DNA from: Eledone cirrhosa
Taxonomy: Eukaryota
Length of the DNA stretch: 64,000 bases
Assembly (NCBI GenBank): GCA_964016885.1
Contig: OZ024744.1
Location: forward strand, 68,200,001 to 68,264,000
Direction: 5' to 3'
The position numbers and the translations under genes were made by a program. The notes below the pieces were generated by a model. It saw nothing but the letters and a program-made list of their open reading frames with translations. It made no database searches and had not been told where the DNA came from. Positions 40,022 through 53,500 of the stretch are shown in pieces (positions within the stretch are counted from its first letter, which is position 1; every line of letters begins with the position of its first letter).

Positions 40022-41297
40022 AACTAGCGGGCGTACCCGGCGTTGCTCGGGTATTAAATAGCAGTTATGTTTACCATTTATGTCAATACTTCAGTGCTGC
40101 TTATAAAACTATACTTTTACAAAATCATCGGCTTTTTCCAAAAGAAGGTTCCTGCCCCAGGGATCCCGTACTCAATATGTGCCAATTCTGAGAGTTCACA
40201 TTCATCTGTAGGACAAACGTATCCCATGTGTCAAGTTTTGTGAAAATCGGTTGCGAACTCCAGAGGTTATGACGTTTTGTTGCATTCCACTGCAGTGCTT
40301 CAGTCGACTCCAAGGAAGTGGTTAAAGGAGGTTATCTGCCGGGGGGCCCTATAATCAATATCTGGAAAAATGACAGTGCCCATGACCATCCGGAGTACAT
40401 AAGTAACCTATGTCTTAAGTTTGGTGAAAATACTGTGGAAACACATGCGCGCGCGCGTGCGTGCGTGAGTGTGTGTGTTTGTGTGTGTGTATGTATTTGT
40501 GTGTGCGTATGTATATGTATCTGTATGTCCGTCGGCGTATACGTATGTACTGGCCTAAATCTTCACTATTTACTTTTACTATTTTAATAACATCTGTCAT
40601 TTTCGTTTTCAATTTTATTTACATCATTCTTAAACGGAGCTGGAAATCATTCGGTTATTTTAAATAGAATATTAGTCTAACGACTCCATTTATTCTATAA
40701 ACTTGGTCTCGTCTTTGCATGAAATTGTTCTTCTCGGTCCACATAACGACGTATTATCCTCGCTTTTTTCCGTTCAATACCAGGGAACATCTTCACGAAC
40801 CAAAATATCGTCTTCCTGTTTTCCTTCGGTTGCAACGTTTCTCGAAATATTTACTTCTGCGTTCACCGATTAAATTTTTTAGTTTCAGAAGATCCCGTTA
40901 ATGTTGAAAGCAGCGATTCATTGCTTAAACTTTAATGTTCTTATAACAAATATATATATATACTAGTTGGCCTGTCCGGCTGGCGCCCGGCTATGTGTAC
41001 CTGCCCCCACCACTCCACTGCAAAGATACCACACACCCTTCCGTGTCACATTGTCCTTCCGACTCTCTCTCTCCCCCCTCTCTCTCTCTATGTGTATATA
41101 TTGAAAGGAGATACGGAAACTAAAACAGTGTTGTCATATAGAGAGGAAAGAGCGACAGAGAGAGTAAAGCAGTTAAAGAGTGGTGGAATGATCTATTATA
41201 GAGAGAGGGAAGAGCGACGGAGAGAGTTAAGCTAACAAACTATAGAGAGGTGTGCAGGATACATGCATAATACACACGACACTCATCTTTATAACAT

Positions 41298-41300
<3 letters not shown>
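40022..41300 (+). mobile_element. Two putative non-autonomous Helitron/Helentron-like elements, starting near 40022 and 40961
   Basis: Each begins ACTAG followed by a GC-rich short hairpin (cccggcgttgctcggg; ccggctggcgcccgg) and has internal microsatellites. Confidence 0.4.
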
Positions 41301-41392
<92 letters not shown>

Positions 41393-41722
41393 TTTGTACG
41401 GCTTTTGGAGGAAGGAGTGACCAGCAGTACGTTGTTCTGCTATACCTTTATTACGAAAAGGTGTAGCAGAGAATCCCGCGTGAACTAACAGCTCAAGAGG
41501 AAACTGCTTACCTCGAAGACTCATTCGCCATCGTTCTCGTCAACGCTCCGTTTACTTGGTATTTATTGGTCTACAGTTAGATGAATGGTCCACAACGGGT
41601 TAATGTTTATTGGCAAGAAGTTTTTTGAATAATAATAGACGAGTAACGACCTACAATGTATCTGTGTGTGTGTATATATATATATATAAGAGTGGGAAAT
41701 GAAATTTCGTTTCATTTTTTCC

Positions 41723-42260
<538 letters not shown>

Positions 42261-42305
42261 ACATACAGATATGTCGCTTTTACACAGTAGGTCACTTTAA
42301 CCCGT

Positions 42306-42342
<37 letters not shown>

Positions 42343-42474
42343 TTATTTATTAAAATAACAGATTAAAGTTTAATCAAAGAATCACTGCTTTCACCCTTAA
42401 CGGGATCTACGGTTCTTATATATCTGATATATATTTATCCTTATCGAGCCCTCTTTGGATTTTAGTCTTCAAAT

Positions 42475-42505
<31 letters not shown>

Positions 42506-42598
42506 TGTGTATATATATATATTGAGTTAAGAACTCAGGGTCGTCTCTCACAATTAAATAGCTCTAAGAAAAAAGCTTTTCCGAGCCGTACAATATAG

Positions 42599-43146
42599 TT
42601 GAATAAACAAGAGAGATGAACACTAATATAAACATACATGTGTTCGAATCGTAGGGACCAAAATTTGCTATAGTGAACAAATACTAACTACAGCAATATA
42701 GTTTGTTATCCTTAACTTTAAATATTAAATTAAGAAAAATAAAGAAAAATAACAGACCTATATTGGGCAAAAAATGCCTGGTAACAACTAGACAGTGTTG
42801 GAGACTGTTTCGCAACGACTTATTAAGTGAAGTTCTCACGTTTCTCTGCCCCTCAAGAAGTGAAAGGATCCCTAATTTCTCAATAACTACTGAGCAGCAG
42901 AGAAACGTAAGAACTTCACTTAATAAGTCGTTGCAAAACAGTCTCCAACACTGTCTAGTTGTTACCAGGCATTTTTACCCAATATAGGTCTGATATTTTT
43001 CTTTATTTTTCTTAATTTAATATTTAAAGTTAAGGATAACAAACTATATTGCTGTAGTTAGTATTTTTTCACCCTAGCAAATTTTGGTCCTTACGATTCG
43101 AACACATGTACGTTTATATTAGTGTTCATCTCTCTTGTTTATTCAA
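42599..43146. repeat. Long palindrome (~250-bp arms, ~46-nt spacer)
   Basis: ttgaataaacaagagag...cgtttctctgc mirrors gcagagaaacg...ctctcttgtttattcaa. Confidence 0.93.
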
Positions 43147-43159
43147 TTATATATATATA

Positions 43160-43400
43160 TATGTTCTAGCGCGGGTAAAATTCCCGAGATCCATGGACGA
43201 GTTATCTCCAGCGGTCTCTGTCCCTCATTATCGCTGCCATGTCCTGCGGTCTCCAACAGACCGCTGTCTGTCCTTAGGGCATCAACATACGTTAACCTTG
43301 GTCTTCCGCTTCCAGTGTGCCCATGTAGGTTCTCCCACAGGAGCACTGAGTGCAATGTCAACTCTGGATGTCGGTGAGCATGTCCAGCTAACCTCAGTCT
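43160..43400 (-). pseudogene. RTE-X-like LINE 3' fragment
   Basis: RLRLAGHAHRHPE..LLWE..HG..GRPRLTYVDALRTDSG. Confidence 0.75.
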
Positions 43401-43458
43401 CATATATATACATGTGTGTGTGTGTATGTATATATATATATATATGTGTGTGTGTACG

Positions 43459-43507
<49 letters not shown>

Positions 43508-43515
<8 letters not shown>

Positions 43516-43720
43516 CGAGTCAGAAAATATAAAATCAAGGTTTAGCAAATAGAGAAAAGTTTTAAAATAAATTCTAAAAAGTCCGATTTACTTACTATAT
43601 GTACCCTTACCGCGCGGTAAGGGTACATATAGTAAGTACACCTAACTTTTTAAAATTTCTTTTAAAACATTTACTCTATTTGCTAAACCTTGATTTTATA
43701 TTTTCTGACTCGTTAATTTA
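43508..43720. repeat. ~210-bp palindrome with a perfect 50-bp centre (43589-43638)
   Basis: tacttactatatgtacccttaccgcgcggtaagggtacatatagtaagta is self-complementary. Confidence 0.93.
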
Positions 43721-44081
43721 TTAACCCGCCATAGAACCACATTGGCATACGGTTGGATAATACTTGTATCCCTATATGTATTTTTTACACGTAGAAACAC
43801 ATACTTTATTATATATATATATATATATATTTCGTTTCTGAATTTGTTTAGCAATATTCTATATCTGAAAACGTGTGTTGAAACCGATATTGTTATAATT
43901 TGGAAGGGTCATGTTGCCAATAAGGAACACACGCACCATGCTTTCATTCCAATTTATTATAAATTAAATTATAAACAACCAACCAGTAACATGTAAAGAA
44001 CAAACAACCAACTAGTAACATGTAAATAAACAAATAAATAAATATTAAAAATACACACAGACACCCGGATCTAACACATCC

Positions 44082-44978
44082 GCCTCTGTATGGAAAATAC
44101 CCAGAGCAAGCTAACAATCCTGATGTTGACAAAACTTTAACCCATCAGTGGTTGACATCCTCTGGACTGAAATCGGAGACTGGAGGACTAATTATATCAG
44201 CACAAGATCAGTGTCTGCCAACAAAATATTACCAAGCCAACGTAATAAAAAATGGATGCAACCCATTATGCAGTGTATGTAAAAAACAACCAGAGACCAT
44301 TGATCATATAATTTCAATGTGCAGTCCTATAGCTCCAACCGAATACCTAAACAGGCATGACAGAGCTGCACAATACATACATTGGATAATGTGTAAGCAT
44401 TTTGACCTGCCTCATCAAAAGAATTGGTGGGAGCATCAACCACCTCCCATACTTGAAAAAGATCACATCTCAATCTTGTGGAACTTTAGCATCCAAACAG
44501 ACCGAAAGATAGATGCAAATAGACCTGATATAATACTGAAGGACTTTAAAAGAGGGTATGCCTGCTAATTGATATGTCCGTTCCAATAGACAAGAATGTA
44601 TCTATAAAAACATTTGAAAAATTGAGCAAGTATAAGGACCTGGAGATAGAAATTGGAAAAATGTGGAAATTGAGAACTAAAACAATACCAGTGTTTGTAG
44701 ACGCTCTAGGAATGATACCTAAGGGGTCTAATGATTACTTATCGCAAATCCCAGGAAACCCGCGTATAGGAGAAATACAAAACATAGTACAAATAGGAAC
44801 TGCCTATATACTAAGGTAGATTCTGTCAATATAAGTACATCACAAGTCTAAACACCTAAAGATGCATGTGTGTGTATGTATGTTCTTTCTTGAACATGGC
44901 GGACCTTGTTGTCTCTTGAGGTCACTGGTTGTGACTTGGTGATAACGCGTATGAACATAAAGCAAGATAAATGCAACT

Positions 44979-44979
<1 letters not shown>
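44082..44979 (+). mobile_element. 5'-truncated Dong/R4 copy ending in (TAA)n
   Basis: Near-identical to 60745-61640. Confidence 0.93.
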
Positions 44980-45029
<50 letters not shown>

Positions 45030-45271
45030 TTTTCTTTATTAACCACAAGGGTTCACATAAAGTAGACATTAAGGACAGTACAGGACAATACAGGACGGTA
45101 CAAATGGGCATTTGTGCGTGTAAAAAAACAGAGGTTGAAATAAAATAACAAAGAAAAATTCCCCAATAGGGGGGAGACTTCCAAGGGACATTTGTGGAGA
45201 AAGCCCATTAAAAGACCACAGTGGCCCTGACCACCAGGGCAAGTGCCCTCTCCCAGTTTTCCACCTTTAAT

Positions 45272-48200
45272 TTACAGACACATACTAAGAGAAGGCCCAT
45301 TCATTCGGGCCATACTTGCTTCTCTCACCCATCTTTCAACAAAATGCTGGGAAGAGAGCACTTCCCTCTCTACCCTGATTTTCCTTTTCAAATGAAATTT
45401 GAAAAAGTTAATCAGGGCATCACCGAAGAGGTAAGTGCTCGTCTTCAGCCCTTTCAAACGTGTCCACCATACTATCTCTTTCGCCATGGCCACCAGACAG
45501 ATAAAAACTGCCTGCCCTTCCAGGCTAAAGGAAGGGGGTGGGGCAATCCTCACGATGGACTCAGCTGATAGCTGGATCCGTCCTACACGTGACAGCAGGT
45601 GTTCGACATAAACCCACAAGTCAGCAATGCTCGGACACTGGACGAGTGCGTGCAGGACGGTTTCGTCGCCCTGCGCGCATCTCGGACATGCCCGTCTGAC
45701 GGCACCTCCATGCCTGTAGAGTTTATCCCGAACTGGCAAAGCTCCTCGGTAGCACTGCCAGGCCAGGAATTTCTGGAAGTTGTCCATAGGCCCCGGCCCG
45801 AAAGTCCTTCCGAAGAGATTGGCGAGTTGATTTTCGTCGACGCCTAGAGTTTCTCCAAGTACGTCGTCGCTCTTCCCCTCCACTAATCCCCTATAGAACG
45901 CCAAGGTGGAGTTTCCACCGATCACATTGCCCGATTGGTCGAGGGCTGTGAGCGCCTGAAGACATTCCAGTCTCCAAGCGCTCCCTCTCTGTCTTCGCTT
46001 GACCCAGGACTGCAGCACCGTCAAGGAGACGAGCTGGGGAAAAACGTGTCTTGCAAACGGCGACCACACCTGATCACCGTCGAGGAAGAGGTGGAGATGT
46101 CGTAGCCTGAGCGCGTGTCTGCGCATCATCAGCCACGACATGCCCAGCCCTCCACGTAGCGGGTGTTGACAGCAGATGGACCGCCTGACCATCGGAGCGC
46201 GTCCCTTCCACAAGAAGCGAAAGAGCAAACGCTCCAGCGCAGTCAGGCGGGGCTTAGGACAAGGTACGACGGTCAGGCGGTAGTAGATGACGGATGCGAT
46301 GTACGCATTCGCCACCTCCGCTCGACCTTTCAGGGATAGCTTCCTCTCGGCCCATTTCTGGGTGAGAGAAGCCACCCTGCTCGTCACCTCGTCCCAGTTT
46401 TTGTCCGTCTGGAGGTCTGGACCGAACCAGACCCCTAGCAATTTAACCGGTCCGTCCGTCCAGCGCCCGACGACGCTGTTGGACGGCATGGACCTGCCTC
46501 TCCAGGTGCCGAGCTGCAGGCCCACTGACTTTTCCTGGTTGATCATTGCTCCTGTCACCGCTTCGTATTCTCTTAGTGTAGTGCCGATCGCCTCGATGTG
46601 TTTGGCGTTCGACACCACTACGGTGACATCGTCGGCATATGCTGACACGGATCTTCCGCATCCTAGTTCGCGCGGGACCCCCCTCAACATCTCCAGTTTG
46701 TGCAGTAATGGCTCGAGAGTCAATACGTACAATAGGGACGAGAGGGGACATCCTTGGCGGACCGAGCGCATGATGTTGAACGGTTCCGAAAGGTGACCGT
46801 TCACTCTCACTACAGAGCAGATGTCGCTGTGCATGGCAGCGATCCAGCCTCTGAAGACGGGCCCAAAGCCAGCCGCCCTCAGGACTGCCGTTAGGTAACG
46901 ATGGTCGACCCTATCGAAGGCTTTCGACTGATCTAAATTGATCAAAGACCCACCCGTGCCAGGTTCCCTAGCTACCCTCTCTACGATGTATCGCATGAGG
47001 TGGAGGTTGTCGTAGATGGATCTGTCGGGAATGGCGCATGTCTGTGCCTCTCCCACCAGACCACCAACGATAAGCGCCAACCTCTTTGCTAGCACCTTGG
47101 CCAAAATCTTGAACTCTGTGTTTAGCAGAGTTATGGGCCTAAAATTATCTATGTTATCCCCCTTGTTCGGATCCTTTCTCAGCAGCGCCACCGCTCCTCG
47201 GCTCACAGAGCTGGGAATTCTCCCGTTCTGTTGCCAGTTGCAGTAGATGTCCGCCAAGAGGCCTCCGAACAAGTTTGGCATTTGTACGTAAAGTTCATAG
47301 GGCAGATCATCCAAACCAGGCGATTTACCCCTTGTGCAACTAGTCATTGCATCCCGTACTTCAGCGGTTGTTATCGGCTTTTCGCAACACTCCGCCTCAG
47401 TGGCCGAAAGCCGCCGCAGTCCGTCGAGGTAGACACTAAAGTCCATCCCTCGATCCGGCCCGCCACTGCCCCCGAACAGTTGAGCGAAGTGTCGCTGAAA
47501 AGCTTCACACATTTGCCCGGGATCGAGTAGCATGCGCCCTTCGTGCTTTGCATTGAAGAATTGGTCAAGGGCCATTTTCGCCGCAAGTACGTCGGTCGCG
47601 ATGCCTTTGCTAAGCGCCTCATCTAATTTTCTAACTAATTCTCCCTCTGCTCTATTTTTCTCTATTGCTAAAGCCTTACTAAACCTAATGGACTCTATTC
47701 TAATTGCTCTTTTCAGAGCAAACCACCACTTGTTGTTGACGATGGCCCCCGTCAACGCCCTCTTAACTAGTTCGCTAATCCGGTCTCTGTAGGCCTTGCG
47801 CGCTGGTAAGGACGCGTTTAGCTTCCAGTAGCCGGGTCCTCGTCTATGAAGCCTATCTAAGTCAAGCACACAGATCACGAATTTGTGGTCCGTGTAGCTG
47901 ACTATCTTGAATTGTGGACAGCCTATGCTAGACCTATCTATTTCCCTACAAAATACTCTATCTAGATATGATCTGTATGACCCTATGCGATTTGTCCAAG
48001 TCCACATTGGTACATTCGGGAAATCCATTCGGTACCTGTCAGACAGTTCAAAACGTCTGAGCAGGTTGGTGAGACTCTTGCACCCTCCTTCCCTATCCAC
48101 TAATCCCACACAATCCCAGCGTGCATCTAAGATCCCGTTCCAGTCGCCCACTAACACTAAAGAGCGGGACGTTCCAAGAAAGGTCTCCAGACGCCGGAAG

Positions 48201-48470
48201 AAATCAGGCCGCCCTGCTCCTGTCGGGGCATAGACGGCCACTAACCTGAAAGCTTGCCCGTCTCCGCTGGTCACGTCCAGCACCACCAACTTACCTTCTG
48301 GGTCCAGGAAGATGGCCCGTATGGCAAGATCCAAACCTCTCCGAAAAAGCACAGCAACTCCTCCCCCCGATCCCGGACGGCTGGGAGATGCGTACACATC
48401 GTAGCCGCCGAAGATCGGTGCGAAAGCCTGTGCTTCGGAGATTCTGGTCTCGCTGATGGCCACTACATCT
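45272..48470 (-). CDS. Tx1 ORF2 (APE endonuclease, RT, C-terminal zinc motif); open, but the N-terminus and 42 internal residues are deleted
   Basis: Motifs VVAISET, VYAPT, LVGDWN, YLDRVF, TDH, FRPITLLN, LDQSKAFDRVDH, RQGCPLS, AYADD, CPRC..ETVLHALVQC. Confidence 0.9.
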
Positions 48471-50055
48471 GGAATTTTTGTTTTAGTGTCATGTACGTTT
48501 TCTGTGTGATGCGAGTGATTTGTATGTGTGGAGGTGGTGTGAATTTTTGGGTTGTTGTGTAGTCTTTTTCTGTGATGCTGGTGTTGTGTTGGATGTAGTG
48601 TAATAATTGCTTGTTGTTCAAATTTAATGCTGTGTAGTGTGTATCGTTTTGGTTGTTTTGTTTTGTTTGCGTTTGCTGTGGGTTTGTTTCTGTTTCGCAT
48701 TTTGGTGACTTTTGTGGTATAGGTGATGGTGGTGCTGGGGTTAATGATGGTGATGGTGTTGGTGTTTGGGTTGATGGGGTTGGTGATGCTGGTGTGGATG
48801 GTGGCATATCTGTCCTAACTTTTTTGTTTCTTAATTTATTTGTTTCCCTCTGTATTTTGTTTTTGGAGGGGGAAGGAAGAGAATTTTTTCTTTTTTGGTT
48901 TCTTTTTTTTTTTCCGGATATCGTTTCCCACTCCTCGTCGTCACAATCTGTCTCCAGTTGTGATAGGCCGGGGAGTGGAAAATCCTCCACAGCCGTTAGT
49001 TTTGGTTGTGGTGTGGTGGATGGTGTAGGCGCTGGTGCTAGTTCTGAAGCGTTGGGTGGTGGTGGTGGTGGTTTTGCTGGTGGTGGTAGTGGTGTTGGTT
49101 TTGCTACTGTTGCTGGGGTTGTTGCTGTTATAGTTGCTTCTGTTGTTGCTGCTACAGTTGTTGCTGCCATCTCTGCTACTGGTGGTGTTGATGGTTGTGT
49201 CACTAGGGTGGGTAGGAGAGGTGGCCTCAACCTTTTAGCCTGAGGGCAGAAAGCCCTTAGGAGGGTTCCTTCACCACAAACGACACACCTCGGTCTTCTG
49301 CCCTCGACAATTACCGTGAGGTGGCTGCCGTCAGTGAGGTCTATTACCTCTGGGATCTCCTCAATGCTTTTTTGGTCCGCTTGGATTAGGAGCTCCATCC
49401 CAGATCCGGACCAGTTTTCCTGCTTTTCTTTTGCTATTGCTATTATTTTCGTGTTGGCTTCGATGCCGGCGAGGACAGCCGCTATTAGCCAGGGAATTTC
49501 GATGGCCGGTGGAACGTGGGTCACCCTGAACTTTACGAGTCTCTGTCCACAACAGCTTGGGACGAGTGTGAAGTCGTCACTTTTTAATGGGGCCATGGAG
49601 TGTTCTCTAGCCTCCTCTGGTGTTTCAAAGAACACATCCACGGTTCCATACTTTTGCCCACGTCTGATGTGGGTTTTTCTTGCCCACACATGTCCCAAAG
49701 CTTTTTGGATTTGGGACTCGGATGCCCGTTCCACTCGGCGCGATTTTACATTTATTGTTCTATACGACACGGTGCATAGGCGCCGATGCTCCATTTTATT
49801 AGGTGGGGGGGGGGGGGGGCTGACCCTGTACCCATCTTTCTTTACCATTTGTTTGGCATTTTCTAAATCCTCTTGAGTTACCGTGAATGCTTCGAATTGT
49901 TTTGCTACTATGGCGAAACTGAGGGTCGGTTTTATAATGTCATTGTTGTTGTTGTTACTATCGTTATTTGTGTTAATATTAATTTTAGTTTCAGTTGTGG
50001 TGGTGGTGACGTCAGTCGTCTTTGGTGCGGAAGAGTCCATTTTGCTTGATTTCAT
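48463..50055 (-). CDS. Tx1 ORF1 (RRM-like region, degenerate zinc knuckle, Pro/Thr-rich tail)
   Basis: EGRRPRCVVCGEGTLLRAFC; lies upstream of ORF2; homologous to copy B ORF1. Confidence 0.8.
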   Translation of the reverse strand: MKSSKMDSSAPKTTDVTTTTTETKININTNNDSNNNNNDIIKPTLSFAIVAKQFEAFTVTQEDLENAKQMVKKDGYRVSPPPPPPNKMEHRRLCTVSYRTINVKSRRVERASESQIQKALGHVWARKTHIRRGQKYGTVDVFFETPEEAREHSMAPLKSDDFTLVPSCCGQRLVKFRVTHVPPAIEIPWLIAAVLAGIEANTKIIAIAKEKQENWSGSGMELLIQADQKSIEEIPEVIDLTDGSHLTVIVEGRRPRCVVCGEGTLLRAFCPQAKRLRPPLLPTLVTQPSTPPVAEMAATTVAATTEATITATTPATVAKPTPLPPPAKPPPPPPNASELAPAPTPSTTPQPKLTAVEDFPLPGLSQLETDCDDEEWETISGKKKRNQKRKNSLPSPSKNKIQRETNKLRNKKVRTDMPPSTPASPTPSTQTPTPSPSLTPAPPSPIPQKSPKCETETNPQQTQTKQNNQNDTHYTALNLNNKQLLHYIQHNTSITEKDYTTTQKFTPPPHIQITRITQKTYMTLKQKFQM

Positions 50056-50575
50056 TTCGACATCACGAGTTAATTTATTTTTTTCTTCTTTTGTTTCTGT
50101 TGTCGCGGTGGTGGTGGGGTGGTGGTTGTCGCGGTGGTTGTGGTGGTGGAGGCTTTAACACCTGCAGTCATTGGTAATGGCGGGAAATGAATGTCTGCCT
50201 GAGACAAATTTAAAATATTGCTAGTGCTTATATATTTTTTTGTGTTGGCAAACGTAGTAACATTTACAATGGTGGTGTCGGTGTTAGGTGTTATTTTGTG
50301 AGGAAGGCTTTCAGCTGCTTCGTGCAGAGGTGAATTAGCCATTTTTTTCAAAGAGATTTTTTGATAATAATAAAAGTTTAAATTTTGGGCACAAGGCCCC
50401 AATCTTTTTGGTGTCCTTTTAGGAAAACAATGTATGTGCGCTTATAAACAGTTAACAATAAAATTTTCCATAAATGACCATTTTTAACAAACGGAAATAA
50501 CAGACCTTTGCGGAGCTCACGATGATACGATTTACTACGTAGGTCGCCAATAATAATAATAATAATAATAATAAT

Positions 50576-53500
50576 GTTTTCTTTATTAACCACAAGGGTT
50601 TACATAAAGTAGACATTAAGGACACTGCAGGACAATACAGGACGGTACAAATGGGCATTTCTGCGTGTAAAAAAAACAAAAAAAACAGAGGGTGTAACAA
50701 AAAATAACAATGAAAAATTCCCCAATAGGGGTGAGACTTCGGAGGGACATTTGTGGAGAAAGCCAGGTAAAAAGCCACAATGACCCTGACCACCAAGGCA
50801 AGTGCCCTCTCCCAGTTTTCCACCTTTAATTTACAGATATATACTCAGAGTAGGCCCATTCACTCGGGCCATTCTTGCTTCTCTCACCCATCTTTCAACA
50901 AAATGCTGGGAAGAGAGCACTTCCCTCTCTACTCTGATTTTCCTTTTCAAATGAAATTTGAAAAAGTCAATCAGAGCATAACCGAAGAGGTAAGTGCTCG
51001 TCTTCAGCCCTTTCAAACGTGTCCACCATACTATCTCTTTCGCCATGGCCACCAGACAGATAAAAACTGCCTGCCCCTTCCCGGCTAAAGGAAGAGGGCG
51101 GGGCAATCCTCACGATGGACTCAGCTGATAGTTGGATCCGTCCTACACGCGACAGGAGGTGTTCGACATAAACCCACACGTCAGCAATGCTCGGACACTG
51201 GACGAATGCGTGCAGGACGGTTTCGTCGCCCTGCGCTCATCTCGGACATGCCCGGCTGACGGCACCTCCATGCCTGTAGAGTTTATCCCGAACTGACAAG
51301 GCTCCTCGGTAGCACTGCCAGGCCAGAGATTTCTGGAAGTTGTCCATAGGCCCCGGCCCGAAAGTACTTCCGAAGAGATTGGCTAGTTGATTTTCGTCGA
51401 CGCCTAGAGTTTCCCCAAGTACGCTCTTCTCCTCCACTAATCCTCTATAGAACGCCGAGGTGGAGTTTCCACCGATCACATTGCCTGATTGGTCGAGGGC
51501 TGTGAGCGCCTGAAGACATTCCAGTCTTCAGACGCTCCCACTCGGTCATCGCTTGACCCAGGACTGCAGCTCCGTCAAGGAAACGAGCTGGGGAAATACG
51601 TGTCTAGCAAACGGCGACCACACCTGATCACCGTCGAGGAAGAGGTGGAGATGGAATGCCACGGCATTCCCAGCCCTCCACGTAGCGGGTGTTGACAGCG
51701 GATGGACCGCCTGACCATCGGAGCGCAAACGCTCCAGCGCAGTCAGCCGGGGCTTAGGACAAGGTACGACGGTCAGGCGGTAGCAGATGACAGACGCGAT
51801 GTACGCCTTAGCCACCTCCGCAGAACCTTTCAGGGATAGCTTCCTCTCGGCCCATTTCTGGGTGAGAGAAGCCACCCTGCTCGTCACCTCGTCCCAGTTT
51901 TTGTCCGTCTGGAGATCCGGACCGAACCAGACCCCTAGCAATTTAACCGGTCCGTCCGTCCAGCGTCCGACGACGCTGTTGGACGGCATTGACCTGCCTC
52001 TCCAGGTGCCGAGCTGCAGGCCCACTGACTTTTCCTGGTTGATCATTGCTCCTGTCACCGCTTCGTATTCTCTTAGTGTAGTGCCGATCGCCTCGATGTG
52101 TTTGGCGTTCAACATCACTACGGTGACATCGTCCGCATATGCTGACACGGATCTTCCGCATCCCAGTTCGCGCGGGACGCCCCTCAACGTCTCCAGTTTG
52201 TGCAGTAATGGCTCGAGAGTCAATACGTACAAGAGGGACGAGAGGGGACATCCTTGGCGGACCGAGCGCATGATGTTGAACGGTTCCGAAGGGTGACCGT
52301 TCACTCTCACCACAGAGCAGATGTCGCTGTGCATGGCAGCGATCCAGCCTCTGAAGACGGGCCCAAAGCCAGCCGCCCTCAGGACTGCCGCTAGGTAACG
52401 ATGGTCGACCCTATCGAAAGCTTTCGACTGATCTAAATTGATCAAGGACCCACCCGTGCCAGGTTCCCTAGCTACCCTCTCTACGATGTATCGCATGAGA
52501 TGGAGGTTGTCGTCGATGGATCTGTCGAGAATGGCGCATGTCTGCGCCTCTCCCGCCAGACCACCAACGACAAGCGCCAACCTCTTTGCTAGCACCTTGG
52601 CCAAAATCTTGAACTCTGTGTTTAACAGTGTTATGGGCCAGAAATTATCTACATTATCCCCCTTGTTCGGATCCTTTCTCAGCAGTGCCACCGCTCCTCG
52701 GCTCACAGAACTGGGAATTCTTCCGTTCTGTTGCCAGTTGCAGTAGACGTCCGCCAAGAGGCCTCCAAACAAGTCTGGCGTCTGTACGTAAAGTTCATAG
52801 GGCAGACCATCCAAACCAAGCGATTTACCCCTTGTGCAACTAGTCATTGCATCCCGTACTTCAGCGGCTGTTATCGGCTTTTCGCAACACTCTGCCTCAG
52901 TGGCCGAGAGCCGCGGCAGTCCGTCGAGGTAGACACTAAAGTCCATCCCTCGACCCGGCCCACCGCTGCCCCCGAACAGCTGAGTGAAGTGTCGCTGAAA
53001 AGCTTCACACATTTGCCCGGGATCGAGTAGCATGCGCCCGTCGTGGTCCACCAAAGACCGGATCGTGGCTTTGTTGCCACGACGCGCCTCCGCCACTCGG
53101 GCCCATTGAATGGCTTTCGTCCCCTCGTGTCTGTGAGCACGCACCCTAGCTCTGACAACGCAGCCTTCGTGCTTCGCATTGAAGAATTGGTCAAGGGCCA
53201 ATTTCGCCGCAAGCACGTCGGTCGCAATGCCTTTGCTAAGCACCTCGTCTAATTTTCTAACTAGTTCTCCCTCTGCTCTATTTTTCTCTATTGCTAAAGC
53301 CTTACTAAACCTAATGGATTCTATTCTAATCGCTCTTTTCAGAGCAAACCACCACTTGTTGTTGACGATGGCCCCCGTCAACGCCCGCTTAACTAGTTCG
53401 CTAATCCGGTCTCTGTAGGCCTTGCGCGCTGGTAAGGACGCGTTTAGCTTCCAGTAGCCGGGTCCTCGTCTATGAAGCCTATCTAAGTCAAGCACACAGA

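Larger units (their letters stand above)
45029..50548 (-). mobile_element. L1-Tx1 LINE copy A, flanked by (TAA)n
   Basis: ORF1 and ORF2, with AATAAA before the 3' (TTA)n tract. Confidence 0.92.
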
